64,000 nt of DNA from Octopus sinensis (taxonomy: Eukaryota). The DNA lies in contig NC_043007.1 of NCBI RefSeq assembly GCF_006345805.1, positions 69,750,001-69,814,000 of the forward strand, read 5' to 3'. The notes under the pieces were generated by a model that ran no database searches, had not been told where the DNA came from, and was given only the letters and a program-made list of their open reading frames with translations. The translations under genes were made by a program, and so were the position numbers. Every line of letters begins with the position of its first letter. The stretch's first letter is position 1. Positions 39,339 to 51,100 of the stretch are shown here, one piece after another.

Positions 39339-40151
39339 ATAATAGAAATGCACTATATAAATATATAAAACAAGGAATATATAATATTAAATCATTTATA
39401 TGCCAAAATCAGTGTTTATAAGCTAAATGAAAATTGGTTTGCTTATTTTTCTCATCTTTTATGCTTGTTATGTGCAAGCATGAGCAAATTAGTTTTGTCA
39501 AAAGAATTTATTCCTGGTTGAATAGTTGGATATTTTGTTTTAAATAGAACCCAATAGTAATATAAAATTGAACTTGCTTTGTCAGGTAAACTACGATAAC
39601 AAACTGTGTGTTCTGTTCAGAATGTAACACCATGCCTGAAACAATTTTTTTACGCTAGGCCATTGAGTTAAAACTCAAGTATCACAATAGTATTATCTAA
39701 AAGAAAATGCATTTTGATAGAAATAAATATAATTATTATTTCTTAAGTTTATAGTTTTAGAAACATTTCTTTCAAGTTTAAAAATATTTAATAAAGTTCT
39801 TTATTAAATCTTAATATGTTTCATTTTAATTTGAAAAAATTTACATGTCAGTAAGATTTTAACTGAGTCTAATATTTACTTTGAGGTTTTTCACAGAATT
39901 TATGATTAAGTTGTTAATGAAATGAATAAACTTAAGTTCTAAGGGCACATAACTGTGTTAAGATAATTAGCTCCATCCCTCTGAGTTCTAATTCTGCTAG
40001 GGCCAAAGAATGAATGCCAGTAGATTAACACACAATTTCTTCTAAAAAATTAAGCTATGTATACACAAATATAGGCACACACACACGCACACATGTGCAT
40101 GCAGAAACACATCTGTATATGTTCACATACAGACATGCACACACTTGTACA

Positions 40152-40760
40152 TATGAAGGTGGACTGTAAAGTTAATACACTGACAATGACGGAGTGATGC
40201 TAGAGTAGCGAAATCTTGCATGCATTCATTTCGACTCTAATAACTGTATTGTTTCTTTCCAAGTAAACTGATGTCTGACTGTTTGAAGAAAACCTCAGAA
40301 GTAACAAATAGTGACCTCTCTTGAAAACAGGCATCATATGGTATCATGGAGTTATCAAGTACCTACAGAAAAGGGGTTTAGTCCCTGACGACTTTCATGT
40401 GAACATGGTTGATAAAAATAGGGGATGACACTTCAGATTTATCAACAGAGCAAAAGTGGGGAACTGAATTTAAGAGAGGAATGGAGAGTCTTGAAGATGA
40501 TCCAAGGTCTGGACAACCTGCAATTGCCACTACCAAGGAAAACATTGCATTCATCACATGAAGGAGGACAGGCAATTGACTATAAATCAAATAGCCAATG
40601 TTATTAGCATATCCTGTAAGAGAGTTGAGAAATTCTACACAATGAACTTGGCATGACAAAGGTTTCTGCTCGATGGGTGCTACAGCTTCTGATACCTGAA
40701 CAAAAGCACATAGGGCTGGTTACATCATGGGAAAATCTGACAACGTTTCAGGTAGGACCA
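40152..40760 (+). mobile_element. Mariner 5' half (left end plus HTH region)
   Basis: GVIKYLQKKGL; EFKRGMESLEDDPRSGQP; RQLTINQIANVISIS; HNELGMTKVSARWVLQLL (WVP..L motif). Confidence 0.85.
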
Positions 40761-40825
40761 GCTGGGGACTGGTGGTGGCAAGGATGGGATTGTTGCTATT
40801 TCTTTCATGTTTCCTATTAAGTAGG

Positions 40826-41209
40826 GTGGAGGCGCAATGGCCTAGTGGTTAGGGCAGTGGACTCGCGGTCTTAGGATCGCGGTTTCGATTCCCAGACTGG
40901 ACGTTGTGAGTGTTTATTGAGCGAAAACACCTAAAGCTCCACGAGGCTCTGGCAGGGATGGTGGTGATCGCTGCTGTACTCTTTCACCACAACTTTCTCT
41001 CACTCTTACTTTCTGTTTCTGTTGTACCTGTATTTCAAAGGGCCGGCCTTGTCACTCACTGTGTCACGCTGAATATCCCCGAGAACTACGTTAAGGGTGC
41101 ACGTGTCTGTGGAGTGCTCAGCCACTTACACGTTAATTTCACGAGCAGGCTGTTCCGTTGATTCGGATCAACCGGAACCCTCATCATCGTAACCGACGGA
41201 GTGCTTCCC
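40826..41209 (+). mobile_element. tRNA-derived SINE family B, full length, 14-bp TSD
   Basis: TSD tcctattaagtagg at 40812-40825 and 41210-41223. A box tggcctagtgg, B box ggtttcgattccc. CpGs largely retained, suggesting a young copy. Confidence 0.92.
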
Positions 41210-41847
41210 TCCTATTAAGTAGGAATTAATTTTACAGATATACACATGGCTTCTATTTGTCACAACGTTGCATCAAGTTGGCATGTCAATACAATTTTTA
41301 TTTCTATAATGTTTGATATACTGTCATGTTGATAGAACATTGATGGCAGTTTCAATTATCTCTATAATAATATACCAGTTCCCTCCAGTCTCTCAGCCAG
41401 ACTGCACACAGTTTCACCAATATAAATTGTACTTGAGTCCTGCCCTTCATGCACTTTTATTTGGGATATCACATTCCTAGTTTCACAGTTGATTTTTAGG
41501 TTTATGTTAAAATACAATAATTAACAGTAAAGATGGTCCTGGGGTTATGTTCTGCCCACTTGTGATATAATGGTTTTTACCTAAATCCTGAAATCCTAAA
41601 TTTTGCAGCACTAAGAGTGTTCCTAGATTTTGGGGTTCATTCACTTTTGGGGATAACATCAATAGACATTACCCCTTAGAACTTGTTACTATTATATCAT
41701 GAGTTAGCCTTATCTTTCTTGCTCTTTCTCACCTATTCTATGATCTGTTTCAATATCATTGTTAAGTTCCATTTTTATCATTTCTTATAATTTTTTAATC
41801 TTTCCTTTGCACCCTCCCCTCCACCATCACCACCACGAACACTGATT

Positions 41848-42083
41848 TTTTATTTTTTTACTGCCCGTGAAGGGCTAAACACAGAGGGGACAAACAAGGA
41901 CAGACAAACGGATTAAGTCGATTATATCGACCCCAGTGCTTAACTAGTACTTATTTAATCGACCCTGAAAGGATGAAAGGCAAAGTCGACCTTGGCGGAA
42001 TTCGAACTCAGAACATAGCGGCAGACAAAATACTGCTAAGCATTTCGCCCGGCGTGCTAACGTTTCTGCCAGCTCGCCGCCTT
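41848..42083 (-). mobile_element. SINE family A, full length, about 14-bp TSD
   Basis: cacgaacactgatt and cacaaacactgatt flank the element. Confidence 0.9.
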
Positions 42084-42534
42084 CACAAACACTGATTCTA
42101 TCTTTTTGGTTGTATCCAAAGAACTGTGTTTGATGGACAAGGCTTTATGCATGCTTCCTTACTTCATAGAGTTGGCACATGTTATTCATTACTCTTATCA
42201 AGTCTCCTTTTAATATATTTGTTTTAAAGTTTTTATACACTGAAGTCTTCATGGATATAGTCAAATATGAAAGGAGGAGATGTAGTTTGTTATTCATTTT
42301 CTCAAACCAGAGTTAAATACCAAGAATGGAATGTGCAAGTAAGCGTGTGTGAGGGTGAGAAAGTGTGCATGCGCACATGCAAGTATGCTCACGAGTATGT
42401 GCAAGTGTGTGCATGAGATTTTGAAACAGTGAAATGAGTCAATTAAATGAGGGAAGATTCAATACATGTTGTGGAGTAAATGATTATTTGGTTGCTTTTT
42501 TTTTTTTTTTTTTTTTTTGAAACTGAAGGTTTAC

Positions 42535-42601
42535 TTCGCAAATTCAATTTCACGCCACTTTTGTCTTCAAGCAAATTCTTGCCTACATTAGCACTTAACA
42601 T
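42535..42601 (-). CDS. Candidate alternative first coding exon of EML: MLSANVGKNLLEDKSGVKLNLR(N)
   Basis: ATG at 42601 directly after an in-frame TGA, 22 open codons, phase-1 donor CGAA|gtaaac, and local CpGs. Would join exon 23724 in frame. Confidence 0.4.
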
Positions 42602-43121
42602 TCAATCAGACACAAATCCACCAACAGATCACGTATCAGCCGGTCCTGTACCACATGAAATTGCCCATATCAAAAACACTATCTTTACCAATCAGCATTC
42701 AGATTACTGTCAAATGTAATGTTTATTTATTCACATTTTAAAAAATTAATCCTGCATAATCCTGTAGCTTCATGACTTCAATGATGTGATTAAGTTCTAG
42801 AATGACATTGTACGGTAGGTGTGAAAGGCTAGATCTGGTTGATTTAAACACAAAACAGGCAGTACATGGCCTGCTTAAAATGCTAAAAGGGTTAAAGGAA
42901 GTTATCATCTCTTTAATCTCAGGGGGAAAAAAACTGAATCCTTTCTATCATGTATTTACATTCTGTAGCATTGGCCATTATAGGCATGTGCACGTGTGCA
43001 TGGGTACAAACATACATACATACATAGCCACATATCAGTGCATATGTATACATATGCAAATACATGTGTACATATACACACATGCATGCATACACATACA
43101 TACACACACACACACATGCTC

Positions 43122-43333
43122 ACAAGGGGCTACTGAAAAGTTCCTGGCTTTGGATAAAAGAAAATACAGAAAGATCAGTTAATTATGATTTTATTCAACA
43201 TATTCCCCTCTCAAATTCATACACTTATTGCAGCAGTCCTTCAGTTTTTTTAAGCCCTGTAAAAGAACTCAGAAGGCCTCCAACCAGGTCTTTTGCAATA
43301 CCCTTAAAGCCAAGAACTTTTCAGCACCTCCTA
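43122..43333. mobile_element. Mariner-derived MITE (about 210 bp)
   Basis: TIRs aggggctactgaaaagttcctggcttt and aaagccaagaacttttcagcacctcct (23/27). Confidence 0.75.
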
Positions 43334-45054
43334 TATGCATATATGTCAAAGTTGCTAATTTTGGAAAACTGCTAAGCAAAATTTAAGGCCTCCAATAGGA
43401 CGGGTTTCAATACTGAAGGGTAGCAATATGACACCCAATAGGGTAAATTTGCTGATTCCTTTATGATTAGGGGAAAGAGAAAACTCCATCTCCTTATCTC
43501 ACTTCATTTAGAGACTGCAGTAACATCTCACCCAACATAAAATGAAAGAACACTCAACAGTCTTATCTTATTCAACTGCAGCTTGTAATTGTCATCTCTA
43601 TCTTTAAAAAAGACTGCACATACTCCAACAGCCTACAGAATTCATTAATATGCACAATGTTTATACATAATTAAGTAATGTTATTTTCATTGAGATAACA
43701 ATTATCCAGTGTTTAGAACTTACATAAACCTTTGTATATCCAAATTTCAATTTAGTACTAGACATTATTTGTCCCCAGTTTTCACTTGGTCATTTGTACA
43801 TTGGAATAATTTATAGGATATCTGAGAGCAGAATAAAACAAGAGTTCTTTATTACAACATCATGAATTACTTAAGCTTACAGTTGTATCTTTGCACTGTC
43901 AGCCAACTTATACTGGTATATAATATTGAAATGAATTACAATATTCTTCTGAAAATCTATTATGCAATCATTTTACATAATGATTACCACATAACTCACT
44001 GAAACAAGTGTATGATTAAATTATTTTCTTGTAATAAAAAAAACTAACACCTTGCTTTATCCTGCACTTTATGTACCTTCAACATTTAATGTTTATCTTC
44101 CATGTTTGCATGGGTTGATTGGTTCAACAGCAGCCAGTGAATCAGAGGACTGAGTCCAGCTCAACTGTCTGCTATGGTATAGATTCTATGCCTTGATTCC
44201 CTCCCTAACATCAAAACTTTACTAAATGTACTGGGTGCTTTTTACATAGCACCAGCACTAGTGAGGTCACCAAGTAACTTGCAAGACAAGACACCCTCAA
44301 CTAAGAAGAGAATAGCATCGAGGAAGATAGTTCTGTGCCAGGTGACGAAAGGTTACAGTATAGTAGAGGGCCAGAAATAGATGTCTTGCGGTAGACGAGA
44401 TACATGGCTACTCCAGTTGGAAAAGTGAGAGGGGAGAGAGAGAGATGGTGGTGGAGATGTGTTAGGGCATGCCCTCAAGTTACAGGGAGAACATATATGA
44501 AGTGGTACCAATGATTGGATAAGTTGAGTGGTTAGGTAATTTCATGAGAGTGCAAAAGAAGAGTGGGGGATGGAAGGAAGGGAAATGCCATGAGTGAATA
44601 CTGGCAGAGGGAGTGGGGGTCAAGGGAGATGAGTTGGGGTGGGAGGTACAATAGATGTCATTAGGTGTTTTGAAAACTTGCATAACAAAAACATACAAAG
44701 TTTATCAAACAGATCTTGATAGTTATTATTTATTTACTTCTATTGTCCTTAATAAATCCTTAGACTTAGAAAACCACCTAGCAGAACTTTCATAGGACCT
44801 GTAATGAAACCTACTCTTATTGGTCCCCTACCCAACTGCCAATCTATGTAGATATAAAATCCCTTCTACATGTCTGCTAGCTAATTAGTACCTGAGAAAG
44901 TACATAATTTATAATAGCACTGTCCCCACTAATACAGAATTCTTTCATTATATAGGGCAACATATCCATTCAAATAAGAATTTTATAACCATGTTCATTC
45001 CTTTAAGAGTCTAGATAAGTGCAAATATACATCTCTGGCTGAACTGATATGGGA

Positions 45055-45495
45055 CTTATGACTGCAGCCATACTGAGGCATCATCTTGAAAAATATTAGT
45101 TGAATGAATCGATCCCAGTACTTTTTTTCTGTTTTTAAAGCCTGGTACTTATTCTGTCAATCTCTTTTGCCAAACCTTGCCAAACCATTCAGTTACAGGG
45201 ATGTAAACACACCAATACCAGTTGTCAAGCACTGGTGGGGGAACACACACACAGACGCTATATATATATATATATATACACACACACATATATATATATA
45301 TATATACACACATATATATATATATATATATGACAGGCTTCTTTGAGTTTCTGTTTACCAAATCCACTCGCAAGGCTCTGGTCGATCTGAGACTAAAGCA
45401 GAAGACACTTGCCCAAGGTGCCACACAATGGGACTGAACCTGGAACCATGCGGATGGGAAGCAAGCTTCTTGCCACACAGCCATGCCTTTGCCTA
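45055..45495 (-). mobile_element. SINE family C with an internal microsatellite
   Basis: Matches 54190-54543. The central (TA/CA)n block varies in length between copies. Confidence 0.85.
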
Positions 45496-46339
45496 TATAT
45501 AATTGAAAAAAAATTTTTGTTCTTTTACCCTAAATTTTTGGTTATCCATCTTTAAACCCCAATGCCCTCATGGGTTTTGTGTAAGTAAAAGGAAAATTAG
45601 CCTATGAACAACTATCCCCTTACCTGACTGTAAGAGATACCAGCTTCTCATTCTATGGAATCCCAGGTTACATAACTGAGTCCCTGCATTACATCATCTA
45701 CTTTCTTGTATTAACTAGTGGGTGGCACTCATTGAGGTACTCAGACTAACATAAAATATTTCCAATTTCCTCACACTAGGACATCTCAAATCATCTCTTC
45801 TCAATCCTGCAGGTGGTACCATTATTTACTCTCTCTTTTCAACACAGTGGTTTTTAATAAATTACTAAATAGCTAACAGTTAAGCTATTTGTTTACCTAA
45901 TTTTTCACACCAATATTTAACCAAGTTTAATAAAAATTTAAACATTCTCAGCTCTGTCTTAAATTTCATATATTTGTTTTTAGCCCACTCATTCCAACAA
46001 AATGTGTTTTTACCTCTCTCATCCCATTGCCGAGTTCAAGGGTCATTAGTTAAAACTATGATGCATGTCTAGTCATTTTCTCTTCCCCCATCCTTCCTGT
46101 CCTATATCTGATTTCAGGCTCCAACCATATAACAAATGATAATATCTCAACTATCACTTGTGTTTTATTGCCAATGAGGTCTCTCCATCATCTGCAACTC
46201 CACTACATCCCATCCCCATCACAGGGTCTCAAGATGGCATCAATTACATACTCCCCGCCCCATCCTCCACCATCATTAGAACTGCTTCTATTATTTTTAT
46301 TTCTGGGGTTTGTTCCTTAATGGTCTCATTTCTGGTAGT

Positions 46340-46737
46340 ATACCCTAATTTCAATTTATTGTAGTAGAGAGTGTTACCACTAGAATAAGAATAGTCTGGG
46401 CAAAGTTTAGAATCCTTCTTCCCCTACTGGCGACAAAGGATCTCTCGCTCAGAGTGAAAGGTAGATTGTACGACGCATGTGTGTGAACTGACATGCTTCA
46501 CACCAGTGAAACATGGGCCATGACTGTGGAGCACATGCGTAGGCTCGAAAGAAATTAAGCTAGCATGATCTGCTGGATGTGTAATGTCAGTGTGCATGCA
46601 CGACTGAGTGTAAGCACCCTGAGAGAAATGTTGGACATAAGAACCATCGGATATGGCGTGCATGAGAGACGTTTGCGTTGGTATGGTCATGTACTATGGA
46701 TGGATGAGGAGAGATGTGTGAAGAAGTTGTGATACCC
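46340..46737 (+). mobile_element. RTE LINE C-terminal fragment, truncated by a family-D element
   Basis: ESVTTRIRIVWAKFRILLPLLATKDLSLRVKGRLYDACV...RRLRWYGHVLWMDEERCVKKL. Confidence 0.9.
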
Positions 46738-47053
46738 ATGCCGGTGGCACGTAAAAAACACCATCTGAACTTGGCCAATGCCAGCGCTGCATTGACTGAT
46801 GTCCGTGCCGGTGGCACGTAAAAAGTACCAACCGGTCAAGGATGTTGCCAGCCTCCTCTGGCCCGTGCCGGTGGCATGTAAAAAGCACCCACTACACTCA
46901 CAGAGTGGTTGGCATTAGGAAGGGCATCCAGCTGTAGAAACACTACCAGATCAGACTGGAGCCAGTGCAGCCTCCAGGGTTCCCAGACCCCGGTCGAACT
47001 GTCCAACCCATGCTAGCATGGAAAACAGACGTTAAACAATGATGATGATGATG
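46738..47053 (+). mobile_element. Family-D SINE with three GTGCCGGTGGCACGTAAAAAGCACC units
   Basis: Motifs at 46738, 46805 and 46865, then the standard D body and (GAT)n tail. Confidence 0.85.
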
Positions 47054-47489
47054 AGGAGGAGGATATTAACCATCAGATTATTCTTCCTCCACTTAAATTG
47101 TTTTTCTTTTATCCATCTTTATTTTCATTTGTATTTTATACTGGTGGTTGCCAAAACAGACAATGAAGCCTAATGCATTCGTCTTCCTAACCAGCTCCTG
47201 TCAAACCATCCAATCCATGCCAGCATGAAAAAAATAGATGTATGATGATGATGATGCTGATAACTGACTGCCACGTTTCTTCCTTGTATAAGCAATATAT
47301 AATACAATGCACAATGTGAGAGTGCAGCTTGATGCCAGTTTGAGGAAGAGCTACTTGAAAATAACAAACTACATATATTGCATAACTTTTAACATGGAGT
47401 TATTTACATGCAATGGCATTAGTCATTCAGTAATACCAAAACAGCTGTAACTGATAAGACGCTCTAAATTCATTCTGCACTTTAACTTG

Positions 47490-47491
<2 letters not shown>

Positions 47492-47541
<50 letters not shown>
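47492..47541. repeat. (TA)n microsatellite
   Basis: About 25 TA units. Similar tracts at 6868-6915, 7768-7806, 11087-11130 and 54543-54620. Confidence 0.95.
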
Positions 47542-47543
<2 letters not shown>

Positions 47544-47544
47544 T

Positions 47545-47860
47545 TCATCTTGAAAAGAAAAGGTAAGAAATGAAGCAAGTATGCTATAATGGTTGAGTAG
47601 TGTTAGTATACATGAACACCAGAGTACAAAAGTGCTAAGAGAAAATTGTGCATAAGAGGAGCCAATGTAGTAGAAGAGTGGAGGTTGCATTAGTTTGGGT
47701 ATATATAATGCATATGGATGATGAATATTGCATATAAAGAAGTGATGAAAACACCAAGCTAATGTAACTATAGGATGAAGTGGTGTAGGCTGAACTAAAG
47801 GTGTTGCATCCCACAGTGATGACAAATAGCCAAATTGATGACAGAAGACCCAATCACCTC
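47545..47860 (+). mobile_element. Highly decayed RTE C-terminal fragment
   Basis: RNEASML..., VSIHEHQSTKVLRE and ..MDDEYCI motifs parallel the other RTE copies. Confidence 0.55.
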
Positions 47861-48949
47861 CAGCAAAACATACCCTAACACAAGGATAGTGGGTTTAGAA
47901 CCGGAGGTAGTTTGTACTCTGCTAAGCATACATCTTGTTTTTGCCTCTCCTCAGCTTACATTCTTTGAACCCCTTTCATCACAGCATTTCTCATTCCATT
48001 CCTTCATGAGGCCTGTATCAATTATCAATGTACTGAAGACTGCATTGGTCTGCTATCATCTCTTCTCAGTAGGCCAACGTATATGAGACTGCATTGGACC
48101 ATCCTCACACCTTTATAATCCCATGTTTCTATGGCATTACCTTTACCCCCTTTTTAACTACTAGCTATCACACTTTCAACTATCTCAGGGTCATTTCTAT
48201 TGCCATTCCTTTATCTTATCCCATCACTCACCCTTAACTTTGTCCACATCTGTTTTTGCCAATCACTTCCCACTGAATTTCACCCCATATAAACTTGCCG
48301 CTTACATCATACTACTGCCCTTTTCTTCCATGCAGCTATCCTGATCCCTCTATAACGACTCTTTTCCAATTCCATCTGTACACACCCAAGGTTACGGAGT
48401 TCTCTTGGCTCTTACTCTACCCGTATTCCACGCTTCACCCACTTTTGGTCTCGCTCCTCTATTTCCCCTCCCAAGTCGATATGTTTCAGCTCTGAGTGGT
48501 CTCTACAGTGCCCTGTGTGCAAGGCACCAACCCTCCTGTGGTTCTACAACAAAGCTGACAAACTCCTCCACGCTCACAGTGGCCGGCGGAAAAGAGAGAG
48601 ACGATGTGCTGGTACCACAAAATATAGCTAATACCCATAGTAAAGTGGTTGGCAAATAAGCAAAGAATTACTAGACTTACGAAGTCCCTTTTATTCATCC
48701 TCTAGTGTTAATGTTCCCCGACCACCAAAACAAAACAAAAAAAAAAAAAACATACAGCCAGTATACTCAGGAAAGTGGTTAGTGACAGGAACAGGTTAAA
48801 TATGCAATTTGGAGCATCTAGTTCCCCCTGGTCATTAACATCAGTGGATTTATAAAGAGAGAATAGTTAAAGAGGGTGCACAGCCGCTGGCAAGATACAA
48901 AACAGAGTTGATTGCTGTTACGTTTCTTTTTTTTTTTCCCTGTCCATGA

Positions 48950-51100
48950 GTATGTTGTTCGTTGACGCAATATTTACATTCATTATAACATACAATACTG
49001 GCTAAAAGAAACCCCACAGATATGTCATAGTACAACATAGCATTCATACATACATACATATACGTGTGTCTGTGTGCATCATATATACGTACACATACGC
49101 ACATACACGTGTGTATATGCATGCGTAAACGAATCGATTAGAGGAGCAAACTTGCATATGTATTAGAAATATTAACGTACAAAACGCATTCAGACAAATA
49201 GTGAAAGAGCAACATAAAACGAGAATAAAAAAAAAAGCAACTGTAAATTAATGCGTTCTTTTTTTTTCACAAATATTAAAAGAAATAAGATGGACAGAAA
49301 AAGTGCAGTAATTGAACACGTACATACCCAAAATATCCATTTTTGTGACCTTTCCAACAGTTATAACATGATTCCTGGTAGTAATCTAGTTATTGCACTA
49401 TTATTGTAAGTATAAACCCGGTGTTTATATTGCACTTGCTTTAAAAGAGCAACCACGATACTATAAATAATAACAAAAACAACATCGACTTTGTCGAAGC
49501 TAATTAAGTCGGCCGAGAGGTTCCTGACTGTAGAAAAGGTTGGGGGAAATTGCATAACTTATTTGTCGATAAGTGAGTGTCAATAATAATAATGATGATG
49601 ATAATAATAATTTTACATTATAACAAAAATAAACAGTAACTTGTAGACGACAGCTGGTTCAAAAATTGCTACAGATATTCTTAACTCGAACGACAACATA
49701 GAAGCGCAACCACCTAAAGGAGGTAGTCAGGGGGAATTTAGAAATGAACTGACAAACAGTCACTCAGTCAATAAATATAAATAAATGTAAATATAAATAA
49801 ATAAATAAAAAGCAGTCAAATAATCGATAAGTTTAAAGTATGTCAGAAACACCTTTAACACACACTATCGACTAATGAAAGGTAAAAAAAAAAAAGATTA
49901 AAAAAAAAGTCAACCTAAGCAGGGTTTGAACCCAAACTAGGATGTCGAAACTCTGGTAAGCGCTGGTACCAACTGAAATGAGGTGGTTGTCGCTATAGAT
50001 TGCATGATATTCATTAGTTAACTTACTGGAAGGGCAACAACAGGAAACTGGTCCCGAATAGTGAACTCCGCCGGTCAGGGGATTTCTCTCCAAAAATCAA
50101 AAAAATTATTCTGTTTGGCACATGACATTACTGTTTGGAAACAGGAAAATGTAGAATACGTTGATAGACCGTCATGCTTTAAAAATGCTCTGCCAAAACA
50201 TATATGAAGTGACATGGCTTTTAGAAGTCCTCTCTATTTGATGGCATGTAAAGCGCATTCCCTACACAAACAAAACCCCAAAAAAAAATTTAAATGTCTA
50301 AAATAAAAACAAAAATCACCTCAGGTCCTATATGCAAAGCTGAGTCGATAATTACGTGTTTTAATGAACTAGCATCTTTCTTTTTACCCGAAGTTAAAGT
50401 ACCTCTAGCATGCCTGCCTACCCTTTATGCTACGTGGCCTCCGTCCTTCCAAACACTTTTTCTTTTTGTTTTTACTCGACTAAAATTAGGTAAGAATCAT
50501 AAAAAAAAAAATTGTTGTCACTAATTTCATAAGTAACAGAAATATGAACAAATGATAAAGTGACCTTTTCTTTTGTATTATTTGCAGAAACCGGTCGCTT
50601 AAGTACAACGAACGTGTTAGGTCTATATTGGTTAACAATATAGGAACGACAGAGCAGTGCAACTATATAATCGAGGAGGGAAAGGAAGAAACATACAACT
50701 GAAAAAAATATTTATAGTTTTTCGTCAGTAACGTTGCCTACAATGTTTTTATATTGGCAAACTTCACGCTTGCAGAACACCTGAAAGGAACTTCTGCCTG
50801 ATCGTTCGCCCTTTTAGAAATACTAGCTGACTCTCAAATTATATACTATTGTCTTAGAAAAGAAGGACAAATTGGATAAAGAAGTTTTGCATTCAAGTGC
50901 GTCCGGGGGAAAGGAACAGAAAACTGCTCCCTGCTACAATACTTTCACCATTAGACCAGCCCTGATCACAGACTATTACAACAATAATCGGTATTTCTTT
51001 CATTTTATAATCAGAAAATTTTGTAAATAACGAAGGCACTAATCGGCAATCTCCAGGCGGATGAGTTCCTTTCTCTGTCTTTTGTTTTACCTCAAAACAA
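48950..51100. promoter_or_regulatory. CpG-undepleted, repeat-poor island; probable internal promoter
   Basis: Dozens of CG dinucleotides (e.g. gtcggccgagagg, tccgccggtc, accggtcgc, gatcgttcgcc) against a strongly CpG-depleted background. Contains a strong minus-strand donor CCA|gtaagt at 50027/50026. Judged by eye, not computed. Confidence 0.55.
49911..49985 (-). pseudogene. Degenerate tRNA-like sequence followed by an oligo-dT tract
   Basis: A-box-like TCAGTTGGTA, T-arm/B-box GGGTTCAAACCC, terminal ACCT/AGGT pairing, then T8 and T11 runs. No recognisable SINE body. Confidence 0.4.

Noticed and set aside
46738-46889. CRISPR array (direct repeats with spacers), also at 59677-59962
   Set aside because: Eukaryotic intron, no cas genes, spacers mutually homologous, and embedded in a SINE family.
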